Below are positions 49,809 through 59,752 of a stretch of DNA of 64,000 bases, piece by piece. Made by a program: the position numbers and the translations under genes. The first letter of the stretch is position 1, and each line of letters starts with the position of its first letter. This stretch comes from an uncultured Paraprevotella sp. (lineage in GTDB: Bacteria > Bacteroidota > Bacteroidia > Bacteroidales > Bacteroidaceae): positions 156,313-220,312 of the forward strand of contig CAJUGV010000001.1 in assembly GCA_910586505.1 (NCBI GenBank), written 5' to 3'. The notes under the pieces are model-generated. The model was not told where the DNA came from. It saw only the letters and a program-made list of their open reading frames with translations, and searched no databases.

Positions 49809-51353
49809 ATGAACAAAACAAGGTTGGTCGGATGTTTTCTTTCAGGCAGACGAAGAAGCATATCCAAATACGAGAATCAGGCGGAAGAGTTACAAATTAA
49901 AGTTCTCAGAAATCTTACCCGACAGGCCCTTCATACCGAATGGGGGCAAACACACGATTTTGCACATGTCAAAGACTATGAATCTTTTATAAGAAACTCA
50001 CCGATAAACACCTATGAAGAACTGAAAAGCTACATAGACCGTATGCGCCACGGTGAAAAGAACGTATTATGGAAAGGACAAATACAGTGGTATGCCAAAT
50101 CCTCCGGTACAACAAACGACAAAAGCAAATTTATCCCCATAAGCAAGGCATGCCTGCAAGACACACACTATCGCGGAGGCACGGATGCCGTAGCCTGTTA
50201 TCTCGGGCTTAATCCTCAAAGCAGGATGTTCGACGGCAAGGCCCTCATTCTGGGCGGTAGCCACTCACCCAACTACAATCTCCCACACAGCCTAGTTGGC
50301 GATTTAAGTGCCATTCTCATTGAGAACGTCAGTTCATTCGTCAACCACTTCCGTATCCCCTCTAAAGAGATAGCATTACTCGGCGATTTTGAGGAAAAAC
50401 GGGAAAAGATAGCACATGCTGCCATCAGGGAAAATGTAACCAACCTCAGCGGTGTCCCTTCGTGGATGCTTTCCGTTCTTACACGTATCATGGACATTAC
50501 GGGGAAAAAGAACCTGGAAGAAATCTGGCCCGGTATCGAAGTTTTTTTCCACGGCGGCGTCTCTTTCACCCCCTACCGCGAACAATATCATCAGCTCATC
50601 GGCAAGTCCGACATGCACTATATCGAGACCTACAACGCCAGCGAAGGATTTTTCGGACTACAAACCGACCTGCAGGATAAGGCCATGACACTGATGATAG
50701 ACTATGGCGTCTTTTATGAATTCATCCCGATAGAAGAGATCGACAAGGAGCATCCGCACGTCGTTCCGCTTTGGGGAGTGGAAACAGGAAAAAACTATGC
50801 CATGGTCATCAGCACCTCAGCCGGCCTATGGAGATATATGATCGGTGATACGGTAAAGTTCACCCAAAAATCTCCTTATAAATTCATCATAACCGGCCGC
50901 ACGAAATTTTTCATCAACGCATTTGGGGAGGAACTGATTGTGGACAATGCCGAAAACGGCCTGAAGGCAGCCTGCAGTGCGACAGGTGCACAGGTTCGTG
51001 AATATACGGCCGCACCGGTCTATATGGACGCGCAGGGAAAATGCCGGCACCAGTGGCTCATTGAGTTCTCCAAAGAACCGACATCACTCGAAACATTTGC
51101 CCGCGCACTCGATCTCAAGCTACAGGAGATCAATTCCGACTACGAAGCCAAACGCCATAAAGACATCACGCTTCAACATCTGGAAATCATCCCCGCACGA
51201 AAAGACCTCTTCGACGACTGGCTGAAATCCAAAGGGAAATTAGGCGGACAGCATAAGATTCCCCGACTGAGCAACACACGCACTTACATCAACGAGATGT
51301 TGTCAATGAACGAACCGGCTCATTCGGCTCCACTTTCACCCCACAATCCTTAA
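49809..51353 (+). CDS. GH3 auxin-responsive promoter family (acyl-acid amido synthetase-like) protein
   Basis: AKSSGTT, YNASEG, GLWRY.IGD and GGQHKIPRL motifs; ATG 49809 after TACTTTTG at 49767-49774. Confidence 0.88.
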   Translation: MNKTRLVGCFLSGRRRSISKYENQAEELQIKVLRNLTRQALHTEWGQTHDFAHVKDYESFIRNSPINTYEELKSYIDRMRHGEKNVLWKGQIQWYAKSSGTTNDKSKFIPISKACLQDTHYRGGTDAVACYLGLNPQSRMFDGKALILGGSHSPNYNLPHSLVGDLSAILIENVSSFVNHFRIPSKEIALLGDFEEKREKIAHAAIRENVTNLSGVPSWMLSVLTRIMDITGKKNLEEIWPGIEVFFHGGVSFTPYREQYHQLIGKSDMHYIETYNASEGFFGLQTDLQDKAMTLMIDYGVFYEFIPIEEIDKEHPHVVPLWGVETGKNYAMVISTSAGLWRYMIGDTVKFTQKSPYKFIITGRTKFFINAFGEELIVDNAENGLKAACSATGAQVREYTAAPVYMDAQGKCRHQWLIEFSKEPTSLETFARALDLKLQEINSDYEAKRHKDITLQHLEIIPARKDLFDDWLKSKGKLGGQHKIPRLSNTRTYINEMLSMNEPAHSAPLSPHNP

Positions 51354-51356
51354 GAC

Positions 51357-53285
51357 ATGCAGAAAAAACTCACCCCATACCCCGTCATAGCCGTGCTCTG
51401 CACCCTCCTGACAGGCGCCTGCGCCAGCATCGGCAGTCCGGACGGAGGCGCATACGACGAGACCCCTCCGAAAATAGTGAAATGCCAGCCGGCCAATATG
51501 AGCGCAAACAGCCGGGAAAAAAGACTGACCCTTCTATTCGACGAGTTCATCGTACTTGAGAATGCCTCGGAAAAAGTCGTGGTATCCCCCCCGCAAGAAG
51601 AGATGCCCGAAATCCGCGTTGCGGGCAAGAGAATACATATCAGACTAAAAGACAGCCTGATAGAGAACACAACCTATACCATAGATTTCTCCGATGCCAT
51701 CGTAGACAATAATGAGGGAAACCCTATGGGAAACTTCACCTATTCTTTCTCCACCGGACCGGAAATAGACACCATGGAAGTTTCCGGCATACTGTTGGAA
51801 GCTGAAAACCTCGAACCCATCAAGGGCATGCTGGTTGGCCTGCATGCCGATCTGACGGACAGTGCTTTCATCACCCGTCCGTTCAACCGCGTGTCGCGTA
51901 CAGACAGCCGAGGACGGTTCACCATCAAAGGAGTGGCCCCGGGAAAATACCGCATCTACGGGCTTCAAGATGTAGACGCCAACTTCCGCTTCAACCAGAA
52001 GGCCGAAAAGATAGCTTTTGATACCATCATCATCGAACCAACCTGCGCGCCCGACTTCCGACAGGATACCATATGGGCAGACAGTACGCATATCGATACC
52101 GTCAGAAACATCCCCTACACACATTTCTATCCCGACAACATTATCCTGCGTGCATTCACAGAAGCGCATCAGGACCGGCATCTCCTGAAAACAGAACGAC
52201 CTGTTCCGGACATGTTCACCCTCTATTTTACAGGACCGTCGGACTCGTTGCCCATCCTGAAAGGGCTGAACTTCGACGAGAAAAAGCGCATAATTGTAGA
52301 ACATTCAGTTGCCAACGACACACTGACTTACTGGCTTTGCGACACACTGGTCTCCAATAAAGACACCCTCCTTTTCAGTCTGACTTATCTGGACACCGAC
52401 ACGCTGGGGCAACTCGTCGACCGCACAGACACTCTCGAACTGGTACCCAAAGTTACACGTTCACGACAGATAAAAGAACGGCAGAAAAAGACGGAAGAAT
52501 GGGAGGAGGAGCAGAAAAAACTCAAACGCCGTCAAAAAGAAAACTATATAGCGAAAGAGAATCCGCATCTGCGCGAAGATCTGACCTACAAAATGCAGCC
52601 CATAGGCGGCATCTCTCCCATACAGAATATCAGATTCACCTTTGCCGAACCGGTAGCCCGCATAGACACCACAGCCTTCCGCTTCTACAAACAACAGGAC
52701 AGTCTGTGGACAGAAGAGCCCTATTTGTTCCTCCCGGTTGAGGGCGACCTGCGCAGTTTCATGCTCTATGCCGAATGGGCGCCCGGAAACAAGTACAAAT
52801 TCGAAGCTGACAGCAATGCCGTCAGAAGTATTTTGGGAAAAGAAAGCATCGCATTCAAGAAAGAAATATCCGTGTCTGCGGAAGAAGAGTTCTGTGCATT
52901 GTTCATACAACTCATCATGCCGGATACGAGTGCCGTCGTACAGTTGCTGGACAACGGCGACAAGGTGGTCAGAAGCTCCAAGTCCGTCAATCACAGAGCC
53001 GATTTCTTCTATCTGAAACCGGGTGAATACTACATCCGCGCTTTCATCGACAAAAACAATGACGGGGAATGGACTCCGGGCGATTATGCCACCGGACGCC
53101 AACCGGAAGAAATGTTCTATTTCCCCAAACCACTGACCCTCAGGGCACAATGGGAAATAGAGCAAGATTGGGATGTGAGAGGCATCCCCCTGAACAAACA
53201 GAAACCCGAAGCTATCACCAAACAAAAGCCCGAAGCTGAAAAGAAAATCAAACAACGCAATGCCGAAAGGCAACGCAACCGATAA
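51357..53285 (+). CDS. Lipoprotein with Ig-like (Big_5-type) domain
   Basis: Lipobox LTGAC, then P.GG..D.TPP and NTTYTIDF.DAI.DNNEGN. Confidence 0.8.
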   Translation: MQKKLTPYPVIAVLCTLLTGACASIGSPDGGAYDETPPKIVKCQPANMSANSREKRLTLLFDEFIVLENASEKVVVSPPQEEMPEIRVAGKRIHIRLKDSLIENTTYTIDFSDAIVDNNEGNPMGNFTYSFSTGPEIDTMEVSGILLEAENLEPIKGMLVGLHADLTDSAFITRPFNRVSRTDSRGRFTIKGVAPGKYRIYGLQDVDANFRFNQKAEKIAFDTIIIEPTCAPDFRQDTIWADSTHIDTVRNIPYTHFYPDNIILRAFTEAHQDRHLLKTERPVPDMFTLYFTGPSDSLPILKGLNFDEKKRIIVEHSVANDTLTYWLCDTLVSNKDTLLFSLTYLDTDTLGQLVDRTDTLELVPKVTRSRQIKERQKKTEEWEEEQKKLKRRQKENYIAKENPHLREDLTYKMQPIGGISPIQNIRFTFAEPVARIDTTAFRFYKQQDSLWTEEPYLFLPVEGDLRSFMLYAEWAPGNKYKFEADSNAVRSILGKESIAFKKEISVSAEEEFCALFIQLIMPDTSAVVQLLDNGDKVVRSSKSVNHRADFFYLKPGEYYIRAFIDKNNDGEWTPGDYATGRQPEEMFYFPKPLTLRAQWEIEQDWDVRGIPLNKQKPEAITKQKPEAEKKIKQRNAERQRNR

Positions 53286-53309
53286 ACAACAGAAAAGAAA
53301 CCGCATATA

Positions 53310-54128
53310 ATGAAACGAACTATCCTTTTTCTGCTACTGCTCTGGCTGACAGGAATCGTGCCGCACGGCACCTACGCACAATGCACGGCCGACAACCAGG
53401 CCTTCTCTCCTGGAGAAGACCTGTCATACAAACTTTATTTCAACTGGAAATTCATCTGGGTAACGGTAGGCACAGCCCACATGAACATCAGCCAAACCAC
53501 CTATCAGGACAAAGACATGTACCGCTGCCACCTGATTACACGAGGCAATAAATCCGCCGACCGCCTCTTTGTGCTGCGCGATACCCTTGTCAGCATAGTA
53601 GACCACGAGCTCGTTCCCTATTATTACCGTAAGGGAGCAATGGAAGGCGACCGCTATACCGTGGACGAGGCATGGTACAGCTACCCAGACGGAAAGAACC
53701 ATGTGAAACAACGCTTCAAGACTCACCGTAATGAAATACGCCAGAATGACCAGAAAAGCAGCGTCTGCATCTACGACATGCTCAGCATGATGCTCCGCGC
53801 CCGCTCGTTCGACGCCACAGACTATAAAGTGGGGCAGAAGATACACTTCCCCATGGCCGACGGCGGAAAGGTGGAGGAACAGACCCTGATCTACCGCGGA
53901 AAGAAAAAATTCAAAATGGAAGACAGCAAGACGAAATACAGATGCCTCGTCTTCTCCTTCGTGGAATATGAAGACGGCAAGGAAAAAGAAGTCGTCACGT
54001 TCTATATCACAGACGACAAAAACCACCTGCCCGTACGTCTGGACATGTTCCTCCGTTTCGGAAGCGCCAAGGCGTTCCTTACCGAGGCCAAAGGCGTGCG
54101 TAACCCGCAGACTTCCATCATCAAATAA
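53310..54128 (+). CDS. DUF3108-like exported protein
   Basis: Signal peptide, GEDLSY, YDMLS and TDDKNHLPV pattern. Confidence 0.7.
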   Translation: MKRTILFLLLLWLTGIVPHGTYAQCTADNQAFSPGEDLSYKLYFNWKFIWVTVGTAHMNISQTTYQDKDMYRCHLITRGNKSADRLFVLRDTLVSIVDHELVPYYYRKGAMEGDRYTVDEAWYSYPDGKNHVKQRFKTHRNEIRQNDQKSSVCIYDMLSMMLRARSFDATDYKVGQKIHFPMADGGKVEEQTLIYRGKKKFKMEDSKTKYRCLVFSFVEYEDGKEKEVVTFYITDDKNHLPVRLDMFLRFGSAKAFLTEAKGVRNPQTSIIK

Positions 54129-54155
54129 ACGGGTGCGGAAGAGGCTGGAATTTAC

Positions 54156-54223
54156 TGCGCTTCATTTTTTATTTTCGTGCTCATCATTTTTTCATTCGGT
54201 GCGCTTCATTTTTCCGCGTGCTC
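54156..54223. repeat. Degenerate 22-bp tandem repeat (~3 units)
   Basis: TGCGCTTCATTTTTTATTTTCG / TGCTCATCATTTTTTCATTCGG / TGCGCTTCATTTTTCCGCG. Confidence 0.6.
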
Positions 54224-54356
54224 CGCAACATGGAAATCCGGAACCCGAAATACGGCATCACGCACTACCGGAAAAAGAGAACCGAAGTCTGAAGCAAGTT
54301 CCGCCATTGCGGAAATCCTCACAGGACAATCACAGGAATGTGGATGAAACTATAAA

Positions 54357-54428
54357 AGTCCGGAATAAGGAAGTATCTTAAAGACGGCAGACGTCTGCAC
54401 TTAACATGACACTTCCTTATTCCGGACT
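54357..54428. repeat. Perfect 18-bp inverted repeat with a 36-nt spacer
   Basis: AGTCCGGAATAAGGAAGT (54357-54374) / ACTTCCTTATTCCGGACT (54411-54428); spacer contains the palindrome GCAGACGTCTGC. Confidence 0.85.
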
Positions 54429-54478
54429 ACATTTGTATTCTTCAGAGAATAAAAGACCCGCCCCCGGGACGGCGCCCC

Positions 54479-54643
54479 TTATTCTTCGTAAAGCTCGAAA
54501 TCATCCTTGCCCACTCCGCAAAGCGGACAAACCCAGTCTTGGGGGATATCTTCAAAAGCCGTTCCCGGCGCAATGCCTGATTCGGGGTCTCCAACTTCGG
54601 GATCATACACCCACTGACACACTGTACAAATATACTTCTTCAT
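54479..54643 (-). CDS. Rubredoxin (54 aa, absent from the ORF track)
   Basis: [54 protein letters not shown]; two CxxC motifs and the WVCP.CG signature. Confidence 0.97.
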   Translation of the reverse strand: MKKYICTVCQWVYDPEVGDPESGIAPGTAFEDIPQDWVCPLCGVGKDDFELYEE

Positions 54644-54942
54644 TGTCTTAATGGTTTAATTATTTTATTTGTTTTCAATATCGGGTGCAAGATACTACTT
54701 TTTGAGTATAAACCTGCCGGATAGCCCCGCGGCTTTGATTTTTTTAACAAAGATAAGAGCCTCACCGCCGTCCCTACCGCTTCCGCACGCATTCCGGCTC
54801 CATCCGATAAAACAACTTTTTTCATCTATTTCGGTTTTTTACCTGACACTGTAAGAAAAAAGCCTGCAAAGCGCCCTAAAGGTCAAATAATTCCATTAAC
54901 TTTGCACCTTTGGTATAAACATTCATTAAAACAACAAGAAAA

Positions 54943-55548
54943 ATGGATAAAGTAAGCTATGCATTAGGCCTGGGTATCGGTCAGCAACTCAAAAGCATGG
55001 GAGCGCAGGACCTTTGCATCGATGATTTCGCACAGGCTATCAAGGATGTGCTTGACAACAAGGAACTGGCTGTATCTAACCACGAAGCACAAGGCATCGT
55101 GACCCAATATTTTCAAGAAAAAGAAGCGGCCATGAACAAGGAAAAGGAAGCTAAGGGGAAACAAGCCAAAGCAGACGGAGAGAATTTTCTCAAGGAAAAC
55201 GCCCTGAAAGAGGGTGTCATGACCACAGCCTCCGGCCTGCAGTACATGGTGTTGCAAGAGGGCACCGGAAAAGCCCCCAAGGCCACAGACAGCGTGCGCT
55301 GTCACTATGAAGGCATGCTTATCGACGGTACACTCTTCGACAGCAGCCTGCAACGCGGCGAACCGGCAGACTTTCCGCTTAACGGTGTGATCGCCGGCTG
55401 GACGGAAGGCCTTCAACTGATGAAAGAAGGAGCCAAATACCGTTTCTTCATTCCTTACCTGCTCGGTTACGGTGCAGGAGGTGCAGGTAGTTCCATTCCT
55501 CCTTACAGCACGCTGATTTTCGATGTGGAACTGATAAAAGTACTCTAA
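54943..55548 (+). CDS. FKBP-type peptidyl-prolyl isomerase (FklB-like, no signal peptide)
   Basis: SYALG, HYEG.LIDGTLFDSS, VIAGW.EG and IPPYSTLIFDVEL; promoter TAACTTTG at 54897-54904. Confidence 0.93.
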   Translation: MDKVSYALGLGIGQQLKSMGAQDLCIDDFAQAIKDVLDNKELAVSNHEAQGIVTQYFQEKEAAMNKEKEAKGKQAKADGENFLKENALKEGVMTTASGLQYMVLQEGTGKAPKATDSVRCHYEGMLIDGTLFDSSLQRGEPADFPLNGVIAGWTEGLQLMKEGAKYRFFIPYLLGYGAGGAGSSIPPYSTLIFDVELIKVL

Positions 55549-55574
55549 AAACAATTTTTATTTATTATATAACA

Positions 55575-56441
55575 ATGAAAAAAACAAGTATTATCGCTGT
55601 TGCAGGATTGGCAGCACTTATCTCTTCTTGCTCTTCTTCGACTCCGAAGGCAAACCTGAAATCCGACGTAGACTCTCTGAGCTATTCTATCGGTCTGGCA
55701 CAGACTCAGGGTCTGAAACCTTATCTGGTGAACCGTATGGGTGTAGACACCACTTATCTTGCCGAGTTCGTAAAGGGACTGAATGAAGGAGCCAATGCAG
55801 GCGACGACAAGAAAAAGAACGCTTACTTCGCCGGTATTCAGATCGGACAGCAGATAAGCCAGCAAATGATACAGGGCATCAACTATGAAGCCTTCGGAAA
55901 CGACTCTACCCAGACTATCAGCCTGCAGAATTTCCTGGCCGGTTTCATCTCTGGTGTGATGGAGAAAGGCGGCATCATGACAATCGAAGAGGCACAGGAA
56001 CTCGCCCAGGCAAAGATGAAGGAAGTAAAGGCCAAGAACCTTGAAAAGACCTATGGCGAAAACAAGAAAGCCAGCGAGGAGTTTATGGCTTCAATCGCCA
56101 AGAAAGAAGGCGTTAAGCAGTTGGCAAACGGTGTTTTCTACGAGGTGATCAAAGAAGGAAACGGTAGCATTCCGGCCGACACCAGCCGTGTAGAGGTTCA
56201 TTACGAAGGCCGTCTTGTAAACGATACTATCTTCGACAGTTCTTACCAGCGTAACAGCCCTACCACATTCCGTTGCAATCAAGTGATTCCGGGATGGACC
56301 GAAGCACTGACTCACATGCCTGTAGGTTCTACATGGATGGTTTACATCCCGCAGGATCAGGCTTACGCAGAAAGAGAAGCAGGACAAATCAAGCCGTTCT
56401 CTGCCTTGAAATTCAAGATCGAGCTGCTAGGCATCAAATAA
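55575..56441 (+). CDS. FKBP-type PPIase, lipoprotein
   Basis: Lipobox LISSC; HYEGRL..FDSS and VIPGW motifs. Confidence 0.92.
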   Translation: MKKTSIIAVAGLAALISSCSSSTPKANLKSDVDSLSYSIGLAQTQGLKPYLVNRMGVDTTYLAEFVKGLNEGANAGDDKKKNAYFAGIQIGQQISQQMIQGINYEAFGNDSTQTISLQNFLAGFISGVMEKGGIMTIEEAQELAQAKMKEVKAKNLEKTYGENKKASEEFMASIAKKEGVKQLANGVFYEVIKEGNGSIPADTSRVEVHYEGRLVNDTIFDSSYQRNSPTTFRCNQVIPGWTEALTHMPVGSTWMVYIPQDQAYAEREAGQIKPFSALKFKIELLGIK

Positions 56442-56450
56442 CAACTCCAA

Positions 56451-57347
56451 ATGAAGGTACTGAAATATGCGGTGCTTTCTCTGGCCCTTCTGGCCTGCTT
56501 CGACGGCAGTGCAAAAAAGAAGAGCAAGAAAGCAAGGAAAACGGAAACGGCCAAGGTGGATACATGTTCCGTAGATACGTTCAGCTACGCCATGGGTATG
56601 GCTAACACGCAAGGCCTGAAGAGCTACATCGTCAGCCGGATGAACGTGGACACGGCTTACATGGCCAACTTTATGGAGGGATTTAACGCTTCACTCACCC
56701 CGGTTGAAAACAAGAAACTGACGGCCTATATTGCCGGCATCGAGATTCGCCGCCAGGTGGAAGAACAGATTCTCCCCGGACTTGACCAGCGGATAAGCGG
56801 CAACGATTCCGCCCGCGTGCTCAACCGCACACTTTTTCTGGAAGGATTCGGCAATATGCTGGCCGGCAAACCTACGGACATGAGTCTGCACAAAGCCGAA
56901 GAAGTGGCCGAAAAGCAGATGAAATACTACCAGGACACAAACATGGAACGCCTGTATGGCGAAAACCGGCGGGCCGGCGAGGCTTTCCTGAAAGCCAATG
57001 CCAAAAAAGACAGTGTGAAAACATTGGCCTCCGGCTTGCAGTACAAAGTTCTGGTCAAAGGAAACGGTGAGATCCCTACCGCGACCTCCAAGGTGAAGGT
57101 CCATTACGAAGGCCGCCTGATAGACGGCACTGTTTTCGACAGTTCGTACGAACGCCAGAAACCGACATCATTCGGCTGCAACCAAGTGATCAAAGGATGG
57201 ACGGAAGCCCTCACGCTGATGCCCGTAGGTTCAAAATGGGAAATCTATATCCCGCAGGAACTGGGTTACGGTGCACGCGAAGCCGGTAAGATTCCACCAT
57301 TCTCCACACTAGTATTTACAGTCGAGTTGTTGGAAATTGAAAAATAG
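56451..57347 (+). CDS. FKBP-type PPIase, exported
   Basis: Signal sequence; HYEGRLIDGTVFDSS, VIKGW and IPPFSTLVF motifs. Confidence 0.92.
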   Translation: MKVLKYAVLSLALLACFDGSAKKKSKKARKTETAKVDTCSVDTFSYAMGMANTQGLKSYIVSRMNVDTAYMANFMEGFNASLTPVENKKLTAYIAGIEIRRQVEEQILPGLDQRISGNDSARVLNRTLFLEGFGNMLAGKPTDMSLHKAEEVAEKQMKYYQDTNMERLYGENRRAGEAFLKANAKKDSVKTLASGLQYKVLVKGNGEIPTATSKVKVHYEGRLIDGTVFDSSYERQKPTSFGCNQVIKGWTEALTLMPVGSKWEIYIPQELGYGAREAGKIPPFSTLVFTVELLEIEK

Positions 57348-57361
57348 ACACATAATTCATA

Positions 57362-57400
57362 ATAAAAAGGCGTCAAAAAATGTTTTTGACGCCTTTTTAT
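57362..57400 (+). terminator. Terminator after the FKBP cluster
   Basis: ATAAAAAGGCGTCAAAAA / TTTTTGACGCCTTTTTAT. Confidence 0.8.
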
Positions 57401-57474
57401 GTTAAAATAGTATGCAGTTTGCGGAAAAACGTCTATATTCGCTTACAATTTGTTCAATTAAAAACCAAGAACCA

Positions 57475-57939
57475 ATGGAAAAGATAGATAATTTAGATAA
57501 AAAGATTCTGGAGATTATCACAGGAAACGCGCGTATTCCGTTCAAGGACGTAGCGGCGGAATGCGGAGTGTCGCGAGCTGCCATTCACCAAAGGGTGCAG
57601 CGCCTCATCGACCTCGGTGTCATTGTAGGTTCAGGCTACCATGTAGAACCTAAAACGCTTGGATACAGCACTTGCACCTACGTAGGTGTGATACTTGAAC
57701 GCGGCTCCATGTACAAGCGTGTAGTGGAAGAGCTCAACCATATTCCGGAAGTAGTGGAATGCCATTTCACCACCGGCCCCTATACCTTGCTCATCAAACT
57801 GTATGCGTGCGACAACGCGCACCTGATGGAACTGCTGAACAACAGGCTGCAAGAAATTCCGGGAGTCATCTCTACCGAAACACTGATATCTTTGGAACAA
57901 AGTATCAATAAGGAAATTCCTATTGTATTAAATAAGTAA
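57475..57939 (+). CDS. Lrp/AsnC family transcriptional regulator
   Basis: IDNLDKKIL...NARIPF..VA HTH, IPEVVECHFTTG; start trimmed to ATG 57475. Confidence 0.92.
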   Translation: MEKIDNLDKKILEIITGNARIPFKDVAAECGVSRAAIHQRVQRLIDLGVIVGSGYHVEPKTLGYSTCTYVGVILERGSMYKRVVEELNHIPEVVECHFTTGPYTLLIKLYACDNAHLMELLNNRLQEIPGVISTETLISLEQSINKEIPIVLNK

Positions 57940-57948
57940 ACACTACAC

Positions 57949-59718
57949 ATGAGCAGCGGATACTTCGACTGGAAAAATGCCTATCACCGATACCACGATC
58001 ATTTCCCGGCATACCGGAAACAGCCTGTCATCGGCATTACCGGCAATTTCGGGGAAAAAGGTTGCGAATTGGCTGAAGGATACATTGAATCCATACTGAA
58101 AGCCGGAGCCATTCCTTTCATTATCCCGCCTTTTGAAGACAGGGATGCGCTGGCAGGCCTGCTGGAACACGTGGATGGCCTGCTGCTCTCCGGAGGAGGC
58201 GATCTGAATCCGTTGTTCATGGACGAAGAGCCTGTCCCGCAGTTACATTCGGTCAATTACAAGCGTGACTTGGCCGAACTGCTGCTCATCCGACTGGCCT
58301 ATGACCGGCAAATACCCATATTGGGCATCTGCCGGGGCATCCAGATGCTTGCCGCCGCATTAGGCGGCACCGTATGCCAGGACATATACAGCCTCATGCC
58401 GGACATACAGCCGATCGGACACGACCAGCAACTGGACAGGCGATATGCCTCACACACCATACGGACCACCTCCGACAGCACAATCCTGCGCCCGCTCCTC
58501 GGTGATGCTCCGGTTGCCGTTAACTCATTCCATCATCAGGCAGTCAGCAGCCCCGGACCTTTTCTGCGGGTGTGCGCGACCTCGCCGGATGGTCTTATTG
58601 AGGCCGTGGAGTCGACAGAGCATAAGTCCATACTGGGCGTACAATGGCATCCCGAATGTTTCATCCTGCGGCAGGATGAGAGCATGATGCCTTTGTTCAG
58701 ATGGCTGTGCGGGGAAGCGGAATCTTTCCACACAGCCAAAAAACTGCACCGTAAGATACTGACGCTGGACAGCCATTGCGACACTCCTATGTTCTTCCAT
58801 AAGAACATCCATTTCGACCAACGCGACCCGAATATCCTTGTCGACCTTCACAAGATGACGGAAGGCCGCCTGGATGCTGCCATCATGGTAGCCTACCTTG
58901 AACAGGGCGGACGGACGGAAGAAGAGTTGAAGGAAGCTACGGCCAAGGCCGACCGCATCCTGACACAAATCGAAAACATGGCAGGCGCATGCAGTACCGC
59001 AGTAGGCATCGCCCGTACACCGGCCGATCTGCTTCGCCTGAAAAGTGCCGGCAAGAAAGCTATCATGCTGGGCATTGAAAACGGATATGCCATCGGAAAG
59101 GATTTGTCTCTCCTGCGGCACTTCCGCGACCGCGGAATCGTCTACATGACACTCTGCCATAACGGAGACAACGACATTTGCGATTCGGCACGCGGCCGGA
59201 AAGAACATGGAGGTCTGAGTGCTTTCGGACGCAACGTAGTCAGGGAAATGAACAGTCTCGGAGTGTTAGTAGACCTCTCTCACGGAGCGGAAAGCAGTTT
59301 CTATGACGCATTGGAACTCAGTTCCGTTCCCATCGTCTGCTCACATTCATCATGCCGGGCGTTGTGCGATGTGCCGCGCAACCTGACCGACGAACAGATG
59401 AAAGCCTTAGCCCGAAAAGGAGGAGTAGCCCAAGTCACACTTTACAAAGGATTCCTCCGCAAGGACGGAGAAGCGTCTATCCTCGATGCAATGGAACATC
59501 TGAACCATATGGTCAATATCATGGGGCCCGAACACGTGGGTATAGGCACCGATTTTGATGGCGACGGGGGAATACCGGGCTGTGCTTCGGCTGCGGAAGT
59601 CATCAACTTTACCCGCCGTCTGCTGGCTGCACGATACAACGAGACGGATATTACCGGTATATGGGGCGGCAATTTCCTTCGGGTCATGCAACTCGCGCAA
59701 AACAGCAAAACCAATTGA
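57949..59718 (+). CDS. Fusion of peptidase C26 (gamma-glutamyl hydrolase, GATase-I) and membrane-dipeptidase M19 domains
   Basis: LSGGGD, GICRG, NSFHHQ and VQWHPE; then DSHCD, GIENG, VDLSH, SHS and GTDFDG. Confidence 0.9.
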   Translation: MSSGYFDWKNAYHRYHDHFPAYRKQPVIGITGNFGEKGCELAEGYIESILKAGAIPFIIPPFEDRDALAGLLEHVDGLLLSGGGDLNPLFMDEEPVPQLHSVNYKRDLAELLLIRLAYDRQIPILGICRGIQMLAAALGGTVCQDIYSLMPDIQPIGHDQQLDRRYASHTIRTTSDSTILRPLLGDAPVAVNSFHHQAVSSPGPFLRVCATSPDGLIEAVESTEHKSILGVQWHPECFILRQDESMMPLFRWLCGEAESFHTAKKLHRKILTLDSHCDTPMFFHKNIHFDQRDPNILVDLHKMTEGRLDAAIMVAYLEQGGRTEEELKEATAKADRILTQIENMAGACSTAVGIARTPADLLRLKSAGKKAIMLGIENGYAIGKDLSLLRHFRDRGIVYMTLCHNGDNDICDSARGRKEHGGLSAFGRNVVREMNSLGVLVDLSHGAESSFYDALELSSVPIVCSHSSCRALCDVPRNLTDEQMKALARKGGVAQVTLYKGFLRKDGEASILDAMEHLNHMVNIMGPEHVGIGTDFDGDGGIPGCASAAEVINFTRRLLAARYNETDITGIWGGNFLRVMQLAQNSKTN

Positions 59719-59752
59719 AGCAATCCACACAAACATATTAAACGACCTCATA

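Noticed and set aside
54129..54430. CRISPR-like array
   Set aside because: Repeats are contiguous and degenerate with no unique spacers; no cas genes.
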